Part shown: positions 8,204 to 16,029 of the stretch, in pieces
Position numbering within the stretch: the first letter of the stretch is position 1
Layout of the letters: each line of letters opens with the position of its first letter
Source of the DNA: Promethearchaeia archaeon
GTDB lineage: Archaea; Asgardarchaeota; Lokiarchaeia; Sigyniarchaeales; SOKP01
Direction of reading: 5' to 3'
Length of the DNA: 16,375 nucleotides
Assembly (NCBI GenBank): GCA_029856145.1
Contig: JAHQWK010000027.1
Coordinates: forward strand, 1 to 16,375
Made by a program: the position numbers and the translations under genes
Notes under the pieces: model-generated
The model's database searches: none
What the model was told of the DNA's origin: nothing
What the model saw: only the letters and a program-made list of their open reading frames with translations

Positions 8204-8748
8204 TCATTAATCAAGTATTCCTCAGGAATTTTTAACCCATACCCTGCCTTTTTAAATTTTTGCCCATTTTCGACGTAAAGATTAGAGCTAAATTCATTTA
8301 AATTCTTATTAGGATATCCTTTTTTCTTAGTCGCAGGTATCCCAGCATATAGACTAAAATCTTCTGTTTTGGCTTTTAAAACTGAACCCCCCGCTAAAAC
8401 AGAACCCGTTCCGAGTTTAGCTCCATCTAAGACAGTTGCTTGAATCCCAACCAAAGAATAATCTCCAATAATACAAGGTCCATGACACATACATGAATGT
8501 CCTAACCTTACATTATTACCGATTTTACAAACTTCGTTTGGCCTGGAATGTAGTACCGCATTGTCTTGAATACTTGTATTTTGGCCTACAATAATCTTTC
8601 CCCAATCTCCACGAAGTTTCGCCCCAAACCATATATTTGTATAAGCCCCTATCTCTACATCTCCAATTATTACAACATCTAGAGCAACAAAAGAAGTAGA
8701 ATGAATTTTAGGAATGGTCCCATTGAATGGACTTTTAATTATCATCAT
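8200..8748 (-). CDS. Gamma-carbonic anhydrase family (YrdA/PaaY-like) left-handed beta-helix protein
   Basis: Hexapeptide repeats (IIGDVEIG), IWFGAKLRGD, IQDNAVLH, GHSCMCHG (three candidate metal-binding His), AGIPA. AGGGGG motif just upstream of the ATG. Confidence 0.9.
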   Translation of the reverse strand: MMIIKSPFNGTIPKIHSTSFVALDVVIIGDVEIGAYTNIWFGAKLRGDWGKIIVGQNTSIQDNAVLHSRPNEVCKIGNNVRLGHSCMCHGPCIIGDYSLVGIQATVLDGAKLGTGSVLAGGSVLKAKTEDFSLYAGIPATKKKGYPNKNLNEFSSNLYVENGQKFKKAGYGLKIPEEYLIND

Positions 8749-9162
8749 AGTCCCCCTAAAGATTGAATAACTAAAACATATTTGATGGTAGTAATTTTTT
8801 TTTATTATATATATATCAATATTATATTAGTTTTATAATTACACTACACAAATAATATTCCAGTTATCAATATATTCATCGGCTCTAAGAATTAACGGAG
8901 ATATTCATTTACTACTGAAATACTACAAAAACTTTCTATCGCGGCTTACAAATGAAAGGAAGATTATGTATAGATTTGACTTAAATTCTTTTTTGTCAAA
9001 TGAAATATATGATTAAACTTTTGTGTCTATGATTATAACACGAAATAACTGCGGAAAGACTTATACTTATATTCTTAATTTACTTCATAGATTCATAGCT
9101 ACTTCCTTTTTTAGGGATAACTTTTTTACAATAAAATTTTTCACATAATAGGTGTATTTCAA

Positions 9163-9774
9163 CTGGCTAAAATATCTAATTTCTTATCTGAATTAAAAAT
9201 TGCCCACCGATTAATACGTATGACTGTTGTGGGAGATGGGGCTGTAGGAAAAACTACATTAGTTCAAGCTTTACTCAAAAAAACAAAAGAAAGTCACCAT
9301 AATAACTCAAATGGTATATTTTTAGAAGAAAAAAAAATTACCCGTACTCCTTTTATGGAAATCGAATCTTGGAGTTATAAAGATTTAGTTTTTCAATGTT
9401 ATGATTTAGCTGGACAAAGAATCCCAGGTGTACATCCATTAGATCTTTTACAACATCAGGTACTTAAATGTATTGATATTTATATTTTTGTCTTTTCATT
9501 AGATAGGTATGAATCATTTGAGAACCTTAATAATTGGCTCCGGTTAATGAATCTAGAATACAATATAAAAAATAACAATGCTGGTTTTATTTTAGTGGGT
9601 AATAAAGTTGATTTAGAAAGAAATGTTTCAAGAGAGTTAGTTCAAACCTTAGTGGGTGAGGATAGGTTTTTCCGCACTTATGTAGAAACCAGTTCTATCT
9701 ATGGAATAGGTATAGAAGAAATTTTAGAAAAAATTGTTAATATGGGTCTAAAACTCCTAAATTTGAGCGATTAG
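9163..9774 (+). CDS. Atypical Ras-superfamily small GTPase (ORF-track start 9220; proposed CTG start 9163)
   Basis: G1 GDGAVGKT, G2 TRTP, G3 YDLAGQ, G4 NKVD, G5 ETSS. The frame is open from 9121; AGGTG at 9150-9154 lies 8 nt before an in-frame CTG. Confidence 0.85.
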   Translation: MAKISNFLSELKIAHRLIRMTVVGDGAVGKTTLVQALLKKTKESHHNNSNGIFLEEKKITRTPFMEIESWSYKDLVFQCYDLAGQRIPGVHPLDLLQHQVLKCIDIYIFVFSLDRYESFENLNNWLRLMNLEYNIKNNNAGFILVGNKVDLERNVSRELVQTLVGEDRFFRTYVETSSIYGIGIEEILEKIVNMGLKLLNLSD

Positions 9775-9827
9775 GGAGATAATATATATATTAATATGCT
9801 CTCATCTTCTAATAAAAAATATAAGGT

Positions 9828-9833
9828 GAGGTG
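9828..9833 (+). promoter_or_regulatory. Shine-Dalgarno-like site
   Basis: AAGGTGAGGTGGAG ahead of ATG 9839; GAGGTG ends 5 nt upstream of the start. Confidence 0.6.
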
Positions 9834-9838
9834 GAGAA

Positions 9839-12064
9839 ATGACCGAGATTAATTGTAAAATTTGTAATGAAATAATACGGTTTGATCCCAATAATTCTGA
9901 TACTTACTTACATAAAACCGAATCAGGAAATCTAATGATTGGAAAATTATTCACAATCAGATTAGCCCATTTTACTGATTCTGGTTCATCTCATATAAAT
10001 GTTGTTGTAATTGATGAGAATGGGGAATATCGTGCTCATAAAGACTATTATGAAGAGAAACTTAGTGTAAAAGGAGCCCCTGATCTCTGGAATAAACTTC
10101 ATCGTTATATTCCATTAGAACTCAGGATGTATTTAACTTTAGGAAGTGATGAAGATAAAATAATTCTTTCTTCAATATCAGAACCATTGGGTAAAACTCC
10201 AGAAGAGTGGTATGATTGCTTAATAGACTTATGGCAAAAAAACCCTAATAGTCAATTAATCACATTCCTTGCCGTAAAATGGGGTTTTATAATTGGAAAA
10301 GGTAAAGATCTTATTAAATATATTTATAAACCTACTTCTTGGAGTTATCCAATATATTTGCGGTTACAGGCGAGGTTTTCACCATCATCAGAATTAATTC
10401 AAATAGCTAAAAGAATTGATTTCACATCTGCTCCATTGATTATTCAATTAGAGGAAGCGGTTGCAAAATCTGAAGTTTTTCTTCGATTAAGTTCTTACGA
10501 ACTTTTAGAAGAATTATATGATGATTGTCAAAAAAAATGGGGAGATCAAACTTCTATAGAAGTGAAAACAGGATTAATGTTTTTACAAGGCTATTATGGA
10601 TTTAGATTATATTTCCTGGGAAGAATAAATGAAGCCCTAGAGGTTATAGAACCAGTGTTTAATTTTGGGCAAATTTTAGGAAACCGAGAACTAATAATGG
10701 TTGTGGGAAATTTTTACGCCGCTGTTAATCAATCTAGTGGAGATTTAGAAAAAGCGCTAAATATCTTTGAAATCGTATTAAAAGTCAGTGAAGAGATGGG
10801 TGATGAAAGAACTCATGCTGTAATTTCATCGAATATGTCTGTTCTTGAATCCAAACAAGGTTTATACGATCAAGCTCTAAAACGTCAACGAGCTTTATTA
10901 GAATTACCAATAGTCCAAGAAGAGTTTTTTATAAGAAGTTCTTTAATGAGTATTATTGCTGAAACGCTCTTTATTTCGGAAAGGTATGATGAATCAGAAG
11001 AATTATGTAAAAAAGTTCTTTCAGAAGAAAATATACCTACTTATTATAAACTTGATCTTCTTTCTACTCTAAAAAGAATTGCTGGTAAAACAGATTCTCT
11101 TGAACTTATAGCTTTTGTAAGAAATAATTTGCCTGATGATCCAGACTTTTTAGAATCACCTGTAGGTGATATTTTTATGCATGATCTACAAGCTATAGAA
11201 GCAGAATTACGTAGTAATTGGTCAGATTTGATTGATCATTTGAAGGAAGAAAGAGAAATTATGTTTAAGAACCAATCTGTTGAAGAAGCTAGTGATATTG
11301 AAATTAGGCTTGCTGAAGGATACTTTAAATATTTTCAAGAGACTGAGAATCTTGAACACTTAAATCATGCATATAACCATTTGGATCTTGCCAAAACTAT
11401 TGCTATTGAAAATCAAAGTTATTTAGATCTCTGCAGACTCGTTATACTTAAAGGGTTGTTAGCAGCAGAAAGTAGGTTACCTCAACAAGCTAAACTTTAT
11501 TTCGATGAAGCATTAAAAACCGCTCGTGATTTTAATTTATCAAGTCTAGAAAAAGAAATAAATGAAAATCTAGAACAAGTAAATAGTGGTGTGATAGAAA
11601 AATCAGCAGATTCAGTTTTACGAAGGATGTTTCAAAGATTAACATTCCGAAAGTCTGAAGAAAAAAAAGCAACAAAGAAAAGTACAATCTATACATTATT
11701 CATAGGAACACAAGATTCTGCCTGGGAATTAATCCTGCAAAATGAAAAAAGTGGTTCTTTTAAAGATACTAATTATCTTCTAGGATTTCATGATCTGTGG
11801 AATAGTATAAAGAAAAAAATGTTACAGCAACAAGTAAATTACTTTACTGTAAGTCGTGGTGCTGTTCTAATAGAAAATTCTACTAATTTTCAATTGTTTG
11901 CCCTATGTGATCAATTAGATTATTTAACTAGATTAACAATTCAAAATCTCTTACCCGAATTGGAAGAATTCTCATTCAGACATATTCCAGAAGAATTAGC
12001 AGATAAAGTTTTAAAAACACTTAGTAAGGATATAGGAAAGTTTACTATAGTAGATTTAGCTTAA
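9839..12064 (+). CDS. 741-aa multidomain protein: N-terminal CxxC...H...H putative Zn domain, central TPR-like repeats, C-terminal longin-like domain
   Basis: C6xxC9, H44, H52; ~40-aa helical repeats (GRINEAL, GDLEKAL, GLYDQAL, AKLYFDEAL); C-terminal ~125 aa with a longin-like strand/helix pattern judged by eye. Confidence 0.7.
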   Translation: MTEINCKICNEIIRFDPNNSDTYLHKTESGNLMIGKLFTIRLAHFTDSGSSHINVVVIDENGEYRAHKDYYEEKLSVKGAPDLWNKLHRYIPLELRMYLTLGSDEDKIILSSISEPLGKTPEEWYDCLIDLWQKNPNSQLITFLAVKWGFIIGKGKDLIKYIYKPTSWSYPIYLRLQARFSPSSELIQIAKRIDFTSAPLIIQLEEAVAKSEVFLRLSSYELLEELYDDCQKKWGDQTSIEVKTGLMFLQGYYGFRLYFLGRINEALEVIEPVFNFGQILGNRELIMVVGNFYAAVNQSSGDLEKALNIFEIVLKVSEEMGDERTHAVISSNMSVLESKQGLYDQALKRQRALLELPIVQEEFFIRSSLMSIIAETLFISERYDESEELCKKVLSEENIPTYYKLDLLSTLKRIAGKTDSLELIAFVRNNLPDDPDFLESPVGDIFMHDLQAIEAELRSNWSDLIDHLKEEREIMFKNQSVEEASDIEIRLAEGYFKYFQETENLEHLNHAYNHLDLAKTIAIENQSYLDLCRLVILKGLLAAESRLPQQAKLYFDEALKTARDFNLSSLEKEINENLEQVNSGVIEKSADSVLRRMFQRLTFRKSEEKKATKKSTIYTLFIGTQDSAWELILQNEKSGSFKDTNYLLGFHDLWNSIKKKMLQQQVNYFTVSRGAVLIENSTNFQLFALCDQLDYLTRLTIQNLLPELEEFSFRHIPEELADKVLKTLSKDIGKFTIVDLA

Positions 12065-12079
12065 TATTTTTTATTATAA

Positions 12080-12104
12080 TTCTTTCCTTTTTTTTCTATT
12101 TTTT
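12080..12104 (+). terminator. Oligo-T tract, putative terminator of the GTPase-TPR unit
   Basis: TTCTTTCCTTTTTTTTCTATTTTTT starting ~16 nt after the stop at 12064. Confidence 0.45.
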
Positions 12105-12150
12105 ATATGTATTCGCTCTTTTTGATATAATTTAAATTATAAAAAAAAAT

Positions 12151-12276
12151 TGCGGATTATGTGAAAAAATTTGTCCTACTCATCAAGCAGAACAAAATAG
12201 CAAAAAAGAAGAATGTTATTATTGTAGTAGATGTGTTGATGTTTGTCCTCAGAATGCTATCAAATATGGGAAATAA
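12151..12276 (+). pseudogene. 3' remnant of a 2x[4Fe-4S] ferredoxin-type domain gene (not in the ORF track)
   Basis: Translates to [41 protein letters not shown]: one complete CxxCxxCxxxCP and one lacking its first Cys. There is an in-frame TAA at 12133 and no ATG/GTG/TTG start. Confidence 0.8.
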
Positions 12277-12307
12277 TTTAAGCTCAAATTATTTACATCA
12301 TTTTTTT

Positions 12308-13501
12308 TTAATTTGCGGTTCTTGCTATTTCTTTACCGAATTCTACACATTTTTCTAAACTTTCATCATCAGGGTTCCATAAAGCGCGTATACCGTCATT
12401 AATTACAGAAAAACCGCTCTTTTCCAAATGTTCCTTTATAACCTTTATTGATTCTCCACTCCATCCATAACAGCCGAATGACGCCGCTTTCTTGTTTTTA
12501 AAACGCATTCCTTTAATCATCTCCAAAATTTCGGCAACAACAGATAGAATTCCTCCACCAATAGTAGGTGATCCTACAAGAATAATCCTAGATTTAAAGA
12601 TCTCTGTAATTAAGTCGTTTTTATCGGTTTTTGCTATATTATACAATTTAATATTAACTTTCTTATCAACTTCACGAATTCCTTTTGTAATTGCTTCGGC
12701 CATTCTTTTTGTTCCATCCCACATTGTATCGTATAATATTGTAATTTGGTTTTCTTGGTAATCGTTAGCCCAAGTTAAATATTTTTCTACGATTTGAGTT
12801 GGATTATCTCTCCAAATAACTCCATGACTAGTAGCAATAATATCTATTGGAATGTTCAAAGCTAAAACTTCCTTGATTTTTTTATCCACGAAAAGACTGA
12901 AAGGCGTGAGAATGTTTGCGTAATATTTTATGCATTCCGCATAAAGTTCTTCTTGATCAACGAGATCGTTATACATGTATTCCGTGGCGTAATGTTGCCC
13001 AAACGCATCATTACTGAACAGGATATTGTCTCCCGTTAGATAACATGCCATGCTATCAGGCCAATGAAGCATCCTCATTTCTACAAAGATTAATTTTTTA
13101 CCATTTCCTATATCTAACGTATCCCCCGTTTTTACTACTTGAAAATTCCAATCTTTATGATAATGTCCCTTTATTGACTTTACACCATTTGCAGTACAAT
13201 ATATTGGCGTCTCTGGTATTTTTTCCATTAGTTCCGGAAGTCCTCCGCTATGATCAATCTCCGCGTGATTTGCAATAACGTAATCAATTTTATTTAAGTC
13301 AACTTCTTTAGATAGATTCTCAACAAATTCTTTCGAAAAGGGCTTCCAAACAGTATCAATTAGTACAATTTTTTCTTCTTTAATTAAGTAGGAATTGTAA
13401 GTAGAACCACGATTCGTGGAATATTCGTTTCCATGGAATTTTCTGAGTTCCCAATCTATTTTACCGACCCAATAAACATTATTTTTTATTTTAAAGCTCA
13501 T
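12308..13501 (-). CDS. fprA: Flavodiiron protein (FprA/NorV core, class A, no rubredoxin domain); O2/NO reductase
   Basis: Diiron ligands HAEIDH, MLHWPD, SNDAFG, ATSHG; flavodoxin domain YDTMWDGT, GSPT, FGCYGWSGE. Likely start is ATG 13501 (GAGTGA upstream); 13507 and 13510 are alternatives. Confidence 0.93.
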   Translation of the reverse strand: MSFKIKNNVYWVGKIDWELRKFHGNEYSTNRGSTYNSYLIKEEKIVLIDTVWKPFSKEFVENLSKEVDLNKIDYVIANHAEIDHSGGLPELMEKIPETPIYCTANGVKSIKGHYHKDWNFQVVKTGDTLDIGNGKKLIFVEMRMLHWPDSMACYLTGDNILFSNDAFGQHYATEYMYNDLVDQEELYAECIKYYANILTPFSLFVDKKIKEVLALNIPIDIIATSHGVIWRDNPTQIVEKYLTWANDYQENQITILYDTMWDGTKRMAEAITKGIREVDKKVNIKLYNIAKTDKNDLITEIFKSRIILVGSPTIGGGILSVVAEILEMIKGMRFKNKKAASFGCYGWSGESIKVIKEHLEKSGFSVINDGIRALWNPDDESLEKCVEFGKEIARTAN

Positions 13502-13570
13502 AAACATCACTCAAATGATTTATTATTATTAACAATTTAATTAACAATATTTTTCTTCCTTTAAAAATAG

Positions 13571-13607
13571 CGTTTCTCTAAAATATTAGCGATTTTAGTT
13601 AGAAACG
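13571..13607. promoter_or_regulatory. Inverted repeat / hairpin between the cupin gene and fprA
   Basis: CGTTTCT-CTAAAAT [ATTAGCG] ATTTTAG-(TT)-AGAAACG: 14-bp stem, 2-nt bulge, 7-nt loop. Confidence 0.55.
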
Positions 13608-13683
13608 ATCTTTTCTTATTTTTTGTTTTAATTAAGATGTTGATTCTTTGATATAAAACATTGATTTTATTTGGAGAGTAATT

Positions 13684-13998
13684 TTAGTGTCCATCTTGAA
13701 CACCTAAAATAATCAAATTTTCAAGACTTTTTATACCTCTTATTTCATTAGCTTCGAAAAATAAAGAATCAGTTTTTTTTAATTCAAATTCTCCGTCTTT
13801 ACTGGTAAAAATTCCAGAACCCTCTAATATAAAAAAAAATACAGCATAAGGTTCAGGGTGTGGTAGTATTTCTAGTCCTTTTTCTAAGCACACACGAACT
13901 ATGTTAAACATTTTTGATTTAATGATTTTTTTTAGAACTGGCTTTTTTGCTGAAAATGTTATATTAGATAATAGATTATCAGAAATCATTTTTTTCAC
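13684..13998 (-). CDS. Small cupin-domain protein
   Basis: 104 aa; LEKGLEILPHPEPYAVFFFILEGSG is cupin motif 1. Motif 2 reads FEANEIRGI, with Arg where His is usual. GTG start with GAGGT upstream. Confidence 0.8.
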   Translation of the reverse strand: MKKMISDNLLSNITFSAKKPVLKKIIKSKMFNIVRVCLEKGLEILPHPEPYAVFFFILEGSGIFTSKDGEFELKKTDSLFFEANEIRGIKSLENLIILGVQDGH

Positions 13999-14004
13999 TA
14001 TTAC

Positions 14005-14808
14005 TTACCTCATATTTTTTTTCATCATCATTATTTTTTTCTTACTACCTGTTTCGGATAATCTCTTAGGCATGGTTTTCTTATGTAAGATGTAATTTAC
14101 AATAGATAATGATATTATCCAAATAATTAACATTAAGATGTCAAATTGAACCATGAAAAAATTATTCCCCTCCACGCAAAATCTTAACAAATCGGTTAGA
14201 AATGTTATGGGTGATAGAAAGGATATGAATACTAAATTGAATGGCATCGTTTGGAGAGGAACAAAAACTCCGCTTATAAATAGTAAGGGGAACTTAATGA
14301 GATTCATGATAATCATCACGTCTGAGGTCATATCTGTTGGGTGCGCAGCCACTAATAAACCTAATAGGGAACCTAAGATTGACATGAGTCCAATCCCAAA
14401 AAACATTACAAATATTGTTATTAGTGAATTGAATCCAACTGAAAATATTAGTATAAAGATAATAGTAATAATAGAAGTAATAAATAATGAATAAAGAGTG
14501 GAAGCCAAGATTATCCCTATTAAAATTTCATTTAATGATATCGGAGAAGATAAAATCCTTTCTAAAGATTTTTCACGGGTTTCAATTGGTAAGACAACAG
14601 GACTAATTGCCGTAGCTGTGAAAAAAGACGTCATTGCGATAATCCCAATAAATACAAGATTTAAAGAGATTTCCCTCCCAATAACCCACGAGAGAGTCAT
14701 AAAGAAAGGAAACATTAAACCAAAAATCAGTACTGGCCCCTTTTTAATATACAAGATTATATTTTTCTTACTTAAAAGCCAAATTCTAGTTAAACTATCC
14801 TGAATCAT
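14005..14808 (-). CDS. ABC-2 type exporter permease
   Basis: About six hydrophobic segments, ETREKSLERILSSPIS, FISGVFVP, SP.T...DLLR; ATGA overlap with the ATPase stop. Confidence 0.9.
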   Translation of the reverse strand: MIQDSLTRIWLLSKKNIILYIKKGPVLIFGLMFPFFMTLSWVIGREISLNLVFIGIIAMTSFFTATAISPVVLPIETREKSLERILSSPISLNEILIGIILASTLYSLFITSIITIIFILIFSVGFNSLITIFVMFFGIGLMSILGSLLGLLVAAHPTDMTSDVMIIMNLIKFPLLFISGVFVPLQTMPFNLVFISFLSPITFLTDLLRFCVEGNNFFMVQFDILMLIIWIISLSIVNYILHKKTMPKRLSETGSKKKIMMMKKNMR

Positions 14809-15800
14809 TTATTAGCCACCCCCTCCTCAAAAGCTAAGTCATCTTTTATTAGATGAATAAATACCTCTTCTAACGATGTTTCTTTTATTTTTAAATCAGA
14901 AATCTTTATGTTGTTTTCCTTTGATGTTTGATATAAGTTAGATATATCCTTTAAAGCGTTGGTGCTAGAGAATACATGATAACCGTTTTTATCTTTAACA
15001 AGTTTAACTATTTTGGATAAGATTCTTTCTTGTTCAGTGGATATCACGCCGTCAATTTTAAATAGAATTGTTGAAGTAGATTTAAACTGTTCCCGTAAGG
15101 TATCTGGACTCTCATCAGCAATGATTTTTCCCTTATTCATGATTAAAATTCTATCGCACATATTCTGAGCTTCTCGCATATCATGAGTAGTAATAAGTAT
15201 TGTTTTACCTTCCTCTTTCAATTTAAGAATTTGGTTTCTCATTAGATTAACAGAAATTGGATCTAAACCGCTGGTAGGTTCATCAAGAATTAGAATAGGT
15301 GGATCATGAAGTAAGGCAAGACAGAGATTTAAGCGCTGTTTAAGTCCCTTTGAAAGTGTTTTCGTTTTAGAATACACCTTATCTATCAAATTAAATTGAG
15401 TTAAAAGTTTTTTTGAGCGTTTTTCAATCTCATCTTTTGAAATTCCATATATCCCACCTGAAAACATGAGGTTTTGCCATACACTGTAATCTGAAAAAGC
15501 ATTGCTAATTTCAGGGACGATTCCAAAATTCTTTTTATATTTAGTTGGATTATGTGTTATATCATCTCCAAAAATTTCAATTTTTGCGTTGTTTTCTAAT
15601 TGAAAAACACTCGTCAATAATCGAATTGTTGTGGTTTTACCGGCACCATTAGGACCAAGAATTCCAACGATTTCACCTTGATTAATTTCAAAAGAAACAT
15701 CGTTTACAGCAACGAGGGATCCAAATCTTTTAATTAAGTTTAAAACCTTAATAGCAACTAATTCTGTCATCAAATTTTGATTTTGAGAAATTTCAATCAC
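14805..15800 (-). CDS. ABC exporter ATP-binding subunit (DrrA-like)
   Basis: Walker A GPNGAGKT, signature LSKGLKQ, Walker B ILILDEPT, H-loop TTHD, C-terminal SLEEVFI. The start may be ATG 15770 rather than GTG 15800. Confidence 0.92.
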   Translation of the reverse strand: MIEISQNQNLMTELVAIKVLNLIKRFGSLVAVNDVSFEINQGEIVGILGPNGAGKTTTIRLLTSVFQLENNAKIEIFGDDITHNPTKYKKNFGIVPEISNAFSDYSVWQNLMFSGGIYGISKDEIEKRSKKLLTQFNLIDKVYSKTKTLSKGLKQRLNLCLALLHDPPILILDEPTSGLDPISVNLMRNQILKLKEEGKTILITTHDMREAQNMCDRILIMNKGKIIADESPDTLREQFKSTSTILFKIDGVISTEQERILSKIVKLVKDKNGYHVFSSTNALKDISNLYQTSKENNIKISDLKIKETSLEEVFIHLIKDDLAFEEGVANK

Positions 15801-16029
15801 TTAATCTTTTTTGTTACTATAATATTTTAATTAATATGAGTAAATAGGAAAAAATAAAATATTTTATCCTTTACATGTAAACCTTATTTAAAAGGAATTA
15901 TATAAATTTCATTATTCATGAAGCACTTAGCTCTTTTAATATAAATATTAAAAATTTAAACTCTTTTACCTTTTTTATATTAGAAGAAACTCATTTTTTT
16001 AAAGGAAATTAATTTAGAGAGAGAAAAGA

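Noticed and set aside
8831-9016. Start-less open frame of ~61 codons on +, and an MNILITGILFV* mini-ORF on - (8844-8879)
   Set aside because: No plausible start or motif for the first; the second is too short to call an epimerase remnant and lacks the GxxG continuation.
12161-12358. 65-aa plus-strand ORF in the track
   Set aside because: Wrong frame; the ferredoxin-like signal is in the frame starting at 12151, and this ORF overlaps the end of fprA.
13640-13665. Three TTGAT copies resembling FNR half-sites upstream of fprA
   Set aside because: No proper TTGAT-N4-ATCAA palindrome; expected by chance in AT-rich DNA.
12492-14803. Plus-strand ORFs 12492-12761, 13045-13278, 13901-14095, 14153-14494 and 14498-14803
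   Set aside because: All are antisense to well-supported genes (fprA, cupin, ABC permease).
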